A program made the position numbers and the translations under genes. Shown here in pieces: positions 16,141 through 26,046 of a stretch of DNA of 36,671 nt. The number at the start of each line of letters is the position of its first letter. The first letter of the stretch is position 1. The stretch comes from a virus, in IMG/VR virus record IMGVR_UViG_3300020731_000011, one strand, 5' to 3'. The notes below the pieces were generated by a model that was given only the letters and a program-made list of their open reading frames with translations, searched no databases and was not told the DNA's origin.

Positions 16141-19100
16141 TTAGTAGTTTAATAGCGCAGATTGTATAGTTGCCTGTAAAGTATTTATATTTTTATAAAT
16201 ATTTGGAGATAAATTCTCAGGCACTGCGAATCCATATGAAGTTTCTCCTGGTCTTTTTCTTCCTTTTACTATTATAGTTGTCTCATCTGATCTTCTTTTT
16301 ACAAATACTATTTCTTTATATTTGTTTATATTACTACCAAATATAAATCCAGGAAGAGGTGGATATAATGATAATGTCTTAGGTAAACCAGAAACGGCGG
16401 TAATTAATCTTTTTATTGGATATATAGATCCTGAAGGTTGATTTACATCTTGACCATTATAATAAAATATAATATAATCCCCTGGATCAATTTCTGTAGT
16501 ATAGTTTATATCTCCAAATTGACTATATAATGATGATGTTGGTACACTTGGGTCTGTGCTGGTATATGATGGATTAAATTCAAGACCTGAATTAAAATAT
16601 TGATCCATTCCAGAAGTAAGCTGTACGCTATCTAAAGTAGATGATAAGCTTGAGGTATTAAATAGTATATGTGACGAGGTTGTAGTATCTATACATGCCG
16701 TAGCTGTACCTGCAATATAGCTAAAATTTTGAGAAAAAGAATTAATATATAATTCAACTATAGGCTCAACTAATCTAGCTGTTAATTTTATAAATATTTT
16801 ATCTGTTGTAGATAATAGTACATTATTTGAATTAACAGACAGAGTAGTAGGTGGAATTGTTCCTGAAAAAGGATGAATTGGACTTGCAGTTTGAATCCAA
16901 GAATTACTTGCAAGTACTGCACCTTCTATAAACCCGTGTGATGATATACTACCTGATATAATTTGTAAAGTTAAATTAATACTTGATGTTATATATAATG
17001 GAGCTACATCTCCTACAGTTCCTTGAAATAAAATACTACTGTTAATATCATAAATACCACTTTGAGGTGGGGTAAAATATGACCCAGTTATATAATTATA
17101 AGTTGATCCACTTGAAAATGCAGTTAATAAAGAATCTGGATCATTCATTATTTGATTTGCATCCCATAAACTAATATTATAATTATTATAAGATCCAGTT
17201 CCAGAAAAAGAACCTGATGGAATCATAGGCATTGATGTAGGTATAGTTGAATTTGGTTTATTTCCAGGTATATAATATAATGATGAAAATAAACCAGAAG
17301 CCAATATAGAAGCATTTCCACCAGAAAGATTCTGTATCGCTGTATCTTGTGCAGTATAACATTCTGAAGTAGAACCTGACTGTCTATACCAATATGGAGG
17401 ATATGAATATCCACTTTCAACTATATTAAACTGAGCATCTAAGTATTTTTGATTACTAAATTGAGTAGCATTAAATTGTTTAATTGTAACTGGTCTACTA
17501 GCTTTATATATATTTTGAAAATAAATCCAGTTATTATTCTGTAAATTAAGTTCTTCAAGTCCTCCAGAAATATCAGCAAGATACCCCATTTTAAGTACCA
17601 TTTGATCAGGAAAATATGAACTTGATTCTACACTAGTAAAAATACCCGTAAAATCAGTATAATAATCTGCTGCAGGATTGCTTCCATAAGAGGAATCTCC
17701 AGGAGTATATACATTATAGGTAGCACTTATACTTTTAGCCCCATTATATTTTGAATTAATAGAACTCTGTAAAGAGTAATTATAATCTTGTACTTCTGCA
17801 GCCATTCTACTACCAGTATATGGAGTTAAATTTTCATATAATCCACAAGGGGAATTTGAAGATGTAACTGAAATAGATAGATCAGAATATGCATAAATAG
17901 ACCCAGATCTAACACATACGTAATAATCTTCTGAGTGAAGAGTATCTGAATGTCCTGAATTAGTTACATATTGACCATCACATGTTGTATAATTTAATAT
18001 CCAATTTCCAAAAATATTAATAGTCTCAAGAGTATAACATGTTTTAGTTATTGGTGCTATAGGAGGATTACAATAAGATCCTATACTTGAAGTTATATTA
18101 GTTGTTGGTGATAAAGGATCAATACTAATACTTAGAGCATCTATACATTTTGGAGTAGTAGAAAATTCTGCGGGTATTGTTAAACTATGAAATGATCCTG
18201 TACAATCTTGGTAATTTACACCTGCTGATAGTGATGTATCATTATTTGTAAATGATACATTTCTACAATTTAAAGAATACGGATAATTTGAAAATACTGT
18301 ACCACAAATTCCTGATGTAGTTAGAGTCCATGTTACAGAACCAGTTGGTGAATAAATTATAAAAGTATTTGGAACTGCGCAAAATGAAGTATTAGAATTT
18401 GTATCTAAATTATTATATATGGTAATTCCCGTACTACAATATTGATAAGAATAACTAACCGCATCTGTAGTAGTTGATAATGTATAATTATAACAATTTT
18501 CTCTAAAACAACTTTGACATCCTGATTGGGAAATTAAATTAGGTAAATTTATTGGTTGATTTATTCCATAACTATATTCCGCCTCATTTATAATATTTGA
18601 TTTTACAGAACTACTTACATTATTATATATACCGCCATAATTTATACCAGAAAACATAGAAGAACAAGATCCACTATCTGTAATTATCATATAAGAAGGA
18701 CCTCCACCTGCGCTGCCAGAATTTATACATCCTAAATGATATGTTACTCCACTTCCTACAGTGTATGTATGAGAATATCCCATACAATCATACCATCCTA
18801 TAGTATGAGGATTAGAATCAGTATTTTTTACATATGTATCTACACAATATGGATATATGCCATTTGAAGATACTACTGGAGAAGTATAAGAAGAATAGTC
18901 TATTTGATCAAATGGAGAATAATTAGCAGATATTTCTGATCCACCAAATTCTCCAGTGTATTTTTCCCAACTATAATTATTCACAGTATTTACTGATGCA
19001 TATGAGAAATTTGCACCACTTGGATTAGATAAAGGAACTACTTTAAAAGGCGTAGAAGTTTTATTATAAGTAGAAAACTGTATTAATCCACCATCACTAC

Positions 19101-21414
19101 CAGTTACAGTACTTGTCTCTATAGATTGAGAAAAATTAATACTTGAATCTATTTCAGGTTCATTTCTAGCATACTTATTTCTTTCTAATACATGAGATTT
19201 TACAATTAACCCTTTGGATAAATTTGTTCTAGCTGGTACAAAATCTTGTACTATTTTAAATAGCGTATTATTATAATATTTTAAAAGTCTAATATATTCA
19301 TATATATTATGAGTATATGGTAGTCCATTATTACTACTTAATAAGTCTGAAAATACAAAATTTCTAAAATCATTTAATTCACTATAGCTAGATGAATATT
19401 GATCTATTGGATTTCCTATATATGTATCTATTATAAAAGGAAATGCATATCCACTTAAAGATGCAGATACTATTGTTGAATTTATTTCATCAGAAGGCGA
19501 AAATCCAAATTCTAAATTTCTTGAATTTAATCTATATGAAGAATTATTATATGTTTGTAAGGTAGTATATGGATTTAATTCTTGTGAAATTTCTGAAATT
19601 CCAGGTAATGATATTTTATTATCATTTACATAGTCTAATCCAGGTTTATTAATATCATATGTATAATTTCCTCCAAATTCATTTATTTCAAGAATTGAAT
19701 CAGGAACTCCAAAAATATTAGTGAGTGCTTTTATACTCTCTCTTGTGCCTTTAGTTTTATAAAGATATGGTATATTATGATATAATCTTTTATATAATTC
19801 TTTTTGTATAGAATCTGCAGCTAAAGTACTTATTGATGAAGTAACATAATTATTTATATTTTCAGATCCTGTTGGTGGAAGTAATGATCCATCTTGATTT
19901 ATACCAAAAAGACTATAATATAAATTATCAGAAATATTTGTATTTGTATATAGAGTTAAACCTAAATTAATAAGAGCATCAGCTACTAAATCTGGAGATA
20001 TTCCTGTATTTGGATTATTAGTTGCATTAAATCTATTTGTAACATCTTTGTAATACAACCATATATTATCAAAAAGCTGAGCTACCATATTAACAAAAGT
20101 TATATATGGTGTATTATTACTATCATCTTGTATATATTGAGGTACTACAGCGCTTAATATATCTTTATTTGTAGAATCATAATAAGAAGCAGAATATAAA
20201 ATACTAATTCCAGTATTACTTGGAAGAGTAGTTTGAGATCCTAACCAATTTGTAGCCTGAGATGATGTTACAGAATATAATGTATAGGGTTGAGTAGAAT
20301 TAGTTTTTGGCCATGCAAATGTTCCAGATGTATAATATAAATAATACTCATAACTATCAAAATTAGTAATAATATCATCTATATTATTTTGTAAATTAAT
20401 TATAGAAGAACTTACTATAGTATTAGTAATGCCACCTGCTATAGCTAATTGCTGGGCTATTTGATTATTATAATTTTCTATATTTGTTATTTTTTCAACA
20501 AAATTATTAATTCTCGCAGTCGCACTTGAGAAATGAATAAAATTAGAAAAATTAGTATAATCTACATTTATTGATATAGATTTATCTTGATAATAGCTCA
20601 TCATTTTTTGGAAAGAGCTACTAACAGAAGTAGAAAACATACTTGAGTATGTATAATATGGAGTGCTTTGTCCTGTTTGTTGATTTATATTTACATTAAA
20701 ATTTGGACCTCTTAGTGCATTTTGTTGTATTGTTTGAACTGATTCAACTTGAATATCTACATTATATGTTACATTTTCAGCTAATTTTTCAACTATCCAA
20801 AATTGATCTTTATCTCCATAATCAAACGGCAGAGGCTCATATAATTTTATAAGTAAATATGATCCATCAGCATCTTCAGTATAGGCTACATTTACTGCAA
20901 TTATAGTTTTATTATTTCCAAAATTTAAATAGAAATCATTATAATAATTTAAACTTGCAATATACGCTTGATACTGATTATATCCAGAAAGAATACTTGT
21001 ATTATTTATATTCTGACTTGCTATTTTAATCTCAGTTCTACTAGGTGATATTTCTTTAATCCAATAAAAATTACCATATGAAGAATTAAATAGATTTCTA
21101 TGAAAATTATATTGAACATTAAGAGAACCTCTATCATATCCTCTTGCAGCTAAATCACCTTGAGGATCTAATGTTATAGCATTATGTAAACCAGTTGATG
21201 GATTTATTCCAGGACCTGGATTATATGATGTCATATTGTATACACTATCTATAAGATTTCCGTTTAGATCATAGATAAACATTTCTATGTAATCATTTGG
21301 ATCTCCAAATTTAGTATAGATAAAATTGCTCGTAATCAGAGCGTCATCTTTTGAATTATAGACTTGAGATTCTATCCCAGAACCCGCGTATTTTATATTT
21401 ACTATATCAGCCAT
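16141..21414 (-). CDS. 1757-aa baseplate/tail protein with P2 gpI-like motif and Cys-rich repeats
   Basis: LYKTKGTRESIKAL motif, four Cys-patterned repeats at aa ~857-1190, S/N/T/Y-rich. Confidence 0.7.
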   Translation of the reverse strand: MADIVNIKYAGSGIESQVYNSKDDALITSNFIYTKFGDPNDYIEMFIYDLNGNLIDSVYNMTSYNPGPGINPSTGLHNAITLDPQGDLAARGYDRGSLNVQYNFHRNLFNSSYGNFYWIKEISPSRTEIKIASQNINNTSILSGYNQYQAYIASLNYYNDFYLNFGNNKTIIAVNVAYTEDADGSYLLIKLYEPLPFDYGDKDQFWIVEKLAENVTYNVDIQVESVQTIQQNALRGPNFNVNINQQTGQSTPYYTYSSMFSTSVSSSFQKMMSYYQDKSISINVDYTNFSNFIHFSSATARINNFVEKITNIENYNNQIAQQLAIAGGITNTIVSSSIINLQNNIDDIITNFDSYEYYLYYTSGTFAWPKTNSTQPYTLYSVTSSQATNWLGSQTTLPSNTGISILYSASYYDSTNKDILSAVVPQYIQDDSNNTPYITFVNMVAQLFDNIWLYYKDVTNRFNATNNPNTGISPDLVADALINLGLTLYTNTNISDNLYYSLFGINQDGSLLPPTGSENINNYVTSSISTLAADSIQKELYKRLYHNIPYLYKTKGTRESIKALTNIFGVPDSILEINEFGGNYTYDINKPGLDYVNDNKISLPGISEISQELNPYTTLQTYNNSSYRLNSRNLEFGFSPSDEINSTIVSASLSGYAFPFIIDTYIGNPIDQYSSSYSELNDFRNFVFSDLLSSNNGLPYTHNIYEYIRLLKYYNNTLFKIVQDFVPARTNLSKGLIVKSHVLERNKYARNEPEIDSSINFSQSIETSTVTGSDGGLIQFSTYNKTSTPFKVVPLSNPSGANFSYASVNTVNNYSWEKYTGEFGGSEISANYSPFDQIDYSSYTSPVVSSNGIYPYCVDTYVKNTDSNPHTIGWYDCMGYSHTYTVGSGVTYHLGCINSGSAGGGPSYMIITDSGSCSSMFSGINYGGIYNNVSSSVKSNIINEAEYSYGINQPINLPNLISQSGCQSCFRENCYNYTLSTTTDAVSYSYQYCSTGITIYNNLDTNSNTSFCAVPNTFIIYSPTGSVTWTLTTSGICGTVFSNYPYSLNCRNVSFTNNDTSLSAGVNYQDCTGSFHSLTIPAEFSTTPKCIDALSISIDPLSPTTNITSSIGSYCNPPIAPITKTCYTLETINIFGNWILNYTTCDGQYVTNSGHSDTLHSEDYYVCVRSGSIYAYSDLSISVTSSNSPCGLYENLTPYTGSRMAAEVQDYNYSLQSSINSKYNGAKSISATYNVYTPGDSSYGSNPAADYYTDFTGIFTSVESSSYFPDQMVLKMGYLADISGGLEELNLQNNNWIYFQNIYKASRPVTIKQFNATQFSNQKYLDAQFNIVESGYSYPPYWYRQSGSTSECYTAQDTAIQNLSGGNASILASGLFSSLYYIPGNKPNSTIPTSMPMIPSGSFSGTGSYNNYNISLWDANQIMNDPDSLLTAFSSGSTYNYITGSYFTPPQSGIYDINSSILFQGTVGDVAPLYITSSINLTLQIISGSISSHGFIEGAVLASNSWIQTASPIHPFSGTIPPTTLSVNSNNVLLSTTDKIFIKLTARLVEPIVELYINSFSQNFSYIAGTATACIDTTTSSHILFNTSSLSSTLDSVQLTSGMDQYFNSGLEFNPSYTSTDPSVPTSSLYSQFGDINYTTEIDPGDYIIFYYNGQDVNQPSGSIYPIKRLITAVSGLPKTLSLYPPLPGFIFGSNINKYKEIVFVKRRSDETTIIVKGRKRPGETSYGFAVPENLSPNIYKNINTLQATIQSALLNY

Positions 21415-21752
21415 TATGATAATTGTGAAATATTAAGATATGTTGAATTTAATTGTATTAATTGCTCTCTAAGAGAATTTATTTCTTCTATAAGAGCCTG
21501 TTTTTCTTGATCTGCTACAGATCCGCCTATATATTGAGTACTTTTTTCAACTAGGTATGAATGTGAATTTATAGATCCTGATACTGGTATATCAAAAAAT
21601 AACTGATCATAGTAATTAAAAAAATCAGCTACTGATACAGTTGATGCTGATCCAGTAATAACAGGAGTAACTAGTTCAGAAAATGAAATATCTACTACTT
21701 TAGAATAGGTATTTATTCCTCTAACTTGTTTTATTAAATTTACATCTTCCAT
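21414..21752 (-). CDS. Hypothetical virion-associated protein
   Basis: 1-nt overlaps with both neighbours and a C-terminal coiled coil. Confidence 0.7.
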   Translation of the reverse strand: MEDVNLIKQVRGINTYSKVVDISFSELVTPVITGSASTVSVADFFNYYDQLFFDIPVSGSINSHSYLVEKSTQYIGGSVADQEKQALIEEINSLREQLIQLNSTYLNISQLS

Positions 21753-22843
21753 TATCTAGTGATTTTAAATTGATTATTACTATCAATATCTATAGATTCT
21801 CCACTAGGAAGATCTACTCTTATAAGTATTTTATAATATCTTTCAGGTTCTAATCCAGACATATAAATTGGAAAATAAGATCCTGATGAACTACAACTGA
21901 TTTTAGTGTACTGAGTATCAAAATCTATAACCATCTCCTCAGTTTTAACATCTTGTAATGCCCAATATGATGTTTGAGGTAGAGCCTCATTTACTGTGTA
22001 TACTGATGATGTTACAAATGATCTAGTTGGGAATTTATCTCTTACTGATACATTAAAAATATATTTTTTTGTATCATTTTTAAAACTTCCTACATTATTA
22101 CTTAATTTAACTACTATATTACTATTATTTGCTACAACTAGACTACCAGTAGAATAATTACTATCATCCCATTTAAATTCTAAAGTAGGTGGATATATAG
22201 TATGTGTATCTAAACTAAAAAAGCTTAATCCTATTAGACTATTTGGGTTATCTTCAACTCCAGATGGTAATTTTACAATAAATCCATTATTTGTAGTACT
22301 ATCTGAAACCCAATTTTGAACAATAGGAGTAACATTTACATTAAGGTCTTTATTATCTTTATATTGAAAACTTTGACTTATTTGTGAAGTAGTAGTAAAT
22401 CCGCCGCCGCCTATAGTTAAATAGTAACTTGTAGCCCAACCAGTATCATAAGAAGAAGAGTAAGATCCACTATTTGTCCAACAAACTCCATTTGTAACTA
22501 CTGGATAATCTTGTTTTTTTCCAGTACCCATAGACCAATCAAAAGAAAGTTGATCAACTAAAAGAGTATATGGCATGCTTAAATTTTCAGCATTTGCTAA
22601 AAATAATCTTAAATTTGAAATATACGATCCTGATATAAGAGACATAACAGAACTTATATCTGAATTACTAAATTTTATTAGAGTTCTTCTAATATCATCA
22701 GCAGTATTTGACTCTGCTATAGAAAGTGCGACCTGTGAATTAAAGCACCCTACTTCTAAGATCTCATCAAGACCTGTATTTTGAGAAGGTATAGATGAGT
22801 ATATTGTAGCATCTTGAGTAGGAAATATTTTATATACTGCCAT
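21752..22843 (-). CDS. Structural protein with DNRLRE/CBM96-like domain
   Basis: Pattern DATIY...NTG...RTLIKF...VTPIVQNW...NNGF...FFS...PTL. Confidence 0.6.
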   Translation of the reverse strand: MAVYKIFPTQDATIYSSIPSQNTGLDEILEVGCFNSQVALSIAESNTADDIRRTLIKFSNSDISSVMSLISGSYISNLRLFLANAENLSMPYTLLVDQLSFDWSMGTGKKQDYPVVTNGVCWTNSGSYSSSYDTGWATSYYLTIGGGGFTTTSQISQSFQYKDNKDLNVNVTPIVQNWVSDSTTNNGFIVKLPSGVEDNPNSLIGLSFFSLDTHTIYPPTLEFKWDDSNYSTGSLVVANNSNIVVKLSNNVGSFKNDTKKYIFNVSVRDKFPTRSFVTSSVYTVNEALPQTSYWALQDVKTEEMVIDFDTQYTKISCSSSGSYFPIYMSGLEPERYYKILIRVDLPSGESIDIDSNNQFKITR

Positions 22844-22844
22844 T

Positions 22845-23306
22845 TTATTTTATTTTTTCTTTTATATCTTTTATATGTTCTAAAATATCTTCTAGATGTT
22901 GATGATTATGAGAACTTATTTTTTCTATAACTTCTATTATTTTATTTAATTTATCTATTTCTATAGAGTTTAATTTTATTATAATATTTTGAATTTCTTT
23001 TTTATTATTTAAATTAACATTATGATCTACTTCAGCATTATGTCTGTCTCTTTCATTTTGTCTATTTTGTGCCATCATTATGATTGGTGCAGCATAGGCA
23101 GCTTGAGTAGAAAAAACAAGATTTAGTAGAATAAAAGGATATACATCCCAATGATAACACCACCCTACTACATTTAATATCATCCATATTGCTACAATAA
23201 AGGTCTGAATAATTATAAATTTCCAAGATCCAATACCTGCTGCAACACTATCAGCTAATTTTTGTCCAAAACTTCTTGATTCTTCAGATAATTTATGCCA
23301 ATTCAT
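22845..23306 (-). CDS. DUF1003 family membrane protein
   Basis: ADSVAAGIGSWKFI...W...DVYPFILLNLVFSTQAAYAAPIIMMAQNRQNERDR. Confidence 0.88.
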   Translation of the reverse strand: MNWHKLSEESRSFGQKLADSVAAGIGSWKFIIIQTFIVAIWMILNVVGWCYHWDVYPFILLNLVFSTQAAYAAPIIMMAQNRQNERDRHNAEVDHNVNLNNKKEIQNIIIKLNSIEIDKLNKIIEVIEKISSHNHQHLEDILEHIKDIKEKIK

Positions 23307-23315
23307 ATTTTTATA

Positions 23316-25154
23316 TTATAAAGGTACAACTCTTCCAGATATATCAGTATTTGGATATTTAACTTCAAATATAGAAGGATCTAATGAAGGATATATTACT
23401 TCATTTATAGTAGCGCATGGTATATCATAACTATAAGGAGAATATTGATCTCCAGATAAATTTGATATAGTCACATTTTTAACAGTTACTACTCCATCTA
23501 CTCCATCTATAGCAGTGTATAAATTACTTAATATTATCGGCTGATTAATTTGCCAATTATCAATATTAAAAAAGTTTTGTACTGCTAATATACATCTTGC
23601 TAATACATCTTGTGGATTATAATGTGTTTTTATTGAAATATCAAAACTAACTCCAATGTTGATAATATATCCTGGTTTTATATTTATGGCATCAGTTAGC
23701 ATTCTATAATTTTGCAAATAAGTTGCTAAATTATTAATTAATTCATTTGACGCTCGTGTAAGATTTCCATTAGAATCTAGACTTAATGCATATAAAGTAA
23801 CTAGAATTGGATCTCTTTCTGAAGGATCTTTTGAAGTATAATTACTAAATGTAATATCATCTTTTGTAATATAGGCTTTTGCAACTTTACCAAATTGACC
23901 TGGCATGCTTAGTGCTCTAGAAAGATAGTCTTGTTGTGTTACTGCTCTATATTGAGTTTGGAATTCTCCCATAGAATTCATTCTGATTTCTTCTGCAGTA
24001 TCACCATCTCCTCCTCCAGTTGCTGGATTTGGATTATTAGTTACTATAGTATTCTGATAAGATGTATTTATTCCAGTAACTGTATATGATATTGGTTGAG
24101 TTAATTGATTAGATAGTACATTTGCTGCAGCACCACCGCCAACTAAATATGAAATTGTAATAGTTGTATTTGCAGGAGCTAGTCCATATGTTTGAGTAGT
24201 TACAAAATTAGTAGGATCAAATGCAGTTCCCATTTGACTTAATCCTCCAGGTGCTAGACCTACACTTATTGAATTTGGATTTGGAATATAATTTGAATCT
24301 GCATTTGAATTAACACCTGCTCCAAATTCTATAGAAAGAGTATTATTAGATTGAAATCTTGAGGTAAATCTCCTATTCACTGTATTTTTTTGCATCAAAT
24401 ATGGAACTTGATTATTAGTTGAGGGGTCTGTATTTACAGATCCACTTAAAATATAATCTTGAGCTAAATATGGGACTTCATACCAATTATTACCTTGAGA
24501 ATCTACAGCTGATACTATTGAAATTATATTTGAATCATTTATAGTAACTGTATTAAATCTTTGAGCTGCTCCAAAAGTAAATGTTGCAGTTTTAATTCGG
24601 CCAGATATTGCTTGTCTAGTTTTTTTAAGCAAATATGATTGAGGAGCACCTGTTCCATCAATAGAATATACTGATATATCTGTAGGATCTAGAGAAGATG
24701 ACATTGTAAAATCTATCCTATCAGGCATATAAAAAACTATATTACTATTTATATTTGATTTTACTTGCATTCCTTCATTTATAGTTAAGGCATATGTAAA
24801 ATCTGGAACTTGTGAACCACCGACTGTAGTAGCTGGAATTTGTTGATAGACATCTAAATTTACAAGCGCAGTTGAAATGACTTTTGGTCTATATCCTAAC
24901 ATATATGCAAGAGTATATAAATTATTACTTTGCTTTGCATACTGAATAAAAGTCTCTTGAATTTGATTATCTAAATAAAAAGATAGCACATCTCCAATAT
25001 AAGATGCCATTTCAATAAACATACTACCGGGAGATGCTTGATTGAAGTCTGTATATACAGTTGGATAATATGCTTTTGCATATTCTATCAAATCATTTTT
25101 AAATGAATCAAAATTTTTATTTAAATATTTAATATCTATATTCTGGTCTGCCAT
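23316..25154 (-). CDS. Baseplate wedge subunit (T4 gp6 / baseplate J-like)
   Basis: DVLSFYLD, LAYMLGY, FGAG and GGGDGDTAEEIR...RAVTQQDY. Confidence 0.85.
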   Translation of the reverse strand: MADQNIDIKYLNKNFDSFKNDLIEYAKAYYPTVYTDFNQASPGSMFIEMASYIGDVLSFYLDNQIQETFIQYAKQSNNLYTLAYMLGYRPKVISTALVNLDVYQQIPATTVGGSQVPDFTYALTINEGMQVKSNINSNIVFYMPDRIDFTMSSSLDPTDISVYSIDGTGAPQSYLLKKTRQAISGRIKTATFTFGAAQRFNTVTINDSNIISIVSAVDSQGNNWYEVPYLAQDYILSGSVNTDPSTNNQVPYLMQKNTVNRRFTSRFQSNNTLSIEFGAGVNSNADSNYIPNPNSISVGLAPGGLSQMGTAFDPTNFVTTQTYGLAPANTTITISYLVGGGAAANVLSNQLTQPISYTVTGINTSYQNTIVTNNPNPATGGGDGDTAEEIRMNSMGEFQTQYRAVTQQDYLSRALSMPGQFGKVAKAYITKDDITFSNYTSKDPSERDPILVTLYALSLDSNGNLTRASNELINNLATYLQNYRMLTDAINIKPGYIINIGVSFDISIKTHYNPQDVLARCILAVQNFFNIDNWQINQPIILSNLYTAIDGVDGVVTVKNVTISNLSGDQYSPYSYDIPCATINEVIYPSLDPSIFEVKYPNTDISGRVVPL

Positions 25155-25156
25155 TA

Positions 25157-25570
25157 TTAGCTATTTTGAATTTTTAAAGTTAAGCTATCGCTTGATTTTA
25201 TATTTTTTAAAGTATATGTCAAATCTATCATAATTGAATTTTCATCTGGTACACCTGTAATATTTAAACTAACTACAAGTACATTTGGAAAGTAGGCTTC
25301 AATTTGATTACTTATAGTCAATTTTAGACTGTCAAGATCTGCTTGTTCAATTGGATTAAATAATCTTTCTCTTAATCCAGCTCCAAAATTTATATTAAAT
25401 GGTCTTTCTCCTGGATTAGTCAGCATATAATTTATAATATTATACTTAGTCTGCTCTAATGTAGTATATACCGAAGTAAATGCTGAGGGTGACTCAAAAG
25501 GTATAGCTACTCCTAATGCTGTAGAAGGTTTTAGATCTACTATCGGTATTTGTACTGGATTATATGCCAT
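25157..25570 (-). CDS. Baseplate wedge protein, gp25/GPW-like
   Basis: LTNPGERPFNINFGAGL...LF, adjacent to the gp6-like gene. Confidence 0.88.
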   Translation of the reverse strand: MAYNPVQIPIVDLKPSTALGVAIPFESPSAFTSVYTTLEQTKYNIINYMLTNPGERPFNINFGAGLRERLFNPIEQADLDSLKLTISNQIEAYFPNVLVVSLNITGVPDENSIMIDLTYTLKNIKSSDSLTLKIQNS

Positions 25571-25576
25571 TTTTTA

Positions 25577-26023
25577 TTATTTTATTAGACCTCTACTTAA
25601 CATAGAATCCATAAGATTACTAAAATCAGGAACAGTATTTACAACTACTGCATCTAAATTACTACTTTTTCTTGCTGTAGAGAGCATTTCGTCTACGCCA
25701 CCTACTGAAATTTCATTAGGTTGAAAAGGCATTACATTCCCAGAACCAAAAGAATTAACATCATCACTTGTCATACTTATAAAAGTTTCATTCATAAGAC
25801 TACTAATAGGATTAGATGTATTAAATATTGGTTGTTGAAGGGCTGCCGGTTTAGTATTTAAAGTAAGTGGCACACCAAAATTATCCTCTAATCTTTCTTT
25901 AATAGCACTTTTAGTAGTGGTACTAGGCGCTTTTAGCTCTTTAAGGATTGCTGGCATTTCTTCTCTAATAGCCTTTTGAACTTCTTCGCGTATTATTTTC
26001 CTAAATAACTGAGTTTTTGTCAT
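25577..26023 (-). CDS. Hypothetical late/virion protein
   Basis: FRKIIREEVQKAIREE N-terminus. Preceded by ATATTTAT (26030-26037, minus strand). Confidence 0.7.
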   Translation of the reverse strand: MTKTQLFRKIIREEVQKAIREEMPAILKELKAPSTTTKSAIKERLEDNFGVPLTLNTKPAALQQPIFNTSNPISSLMNETFISMTSDDVNSFGSGNVMPFQPNEISVGGVDEMLSTARKSSNLDAVVVNTVPDFSNLMDSMLSRGLIK

Positions 26024-26046
26024 ATAAAAATAAATATGTTTACTTT

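Noticed and set aside
13070-21414. Diversity-generating retroelement acting on tail genes
   Set aside because: No reverse transcriptase and no near-identical template/variable repeat pair are visible. The paralog similarity is only at the protein level.
13070-25154. Frequent SGS/SSS tripeptides in structural proteins as a repeat system
   Set aside because: They are irregularly spaced and explained by Ser/Gly-rich beta-structured virion proteins. No DNA-level repeat unit was seen.
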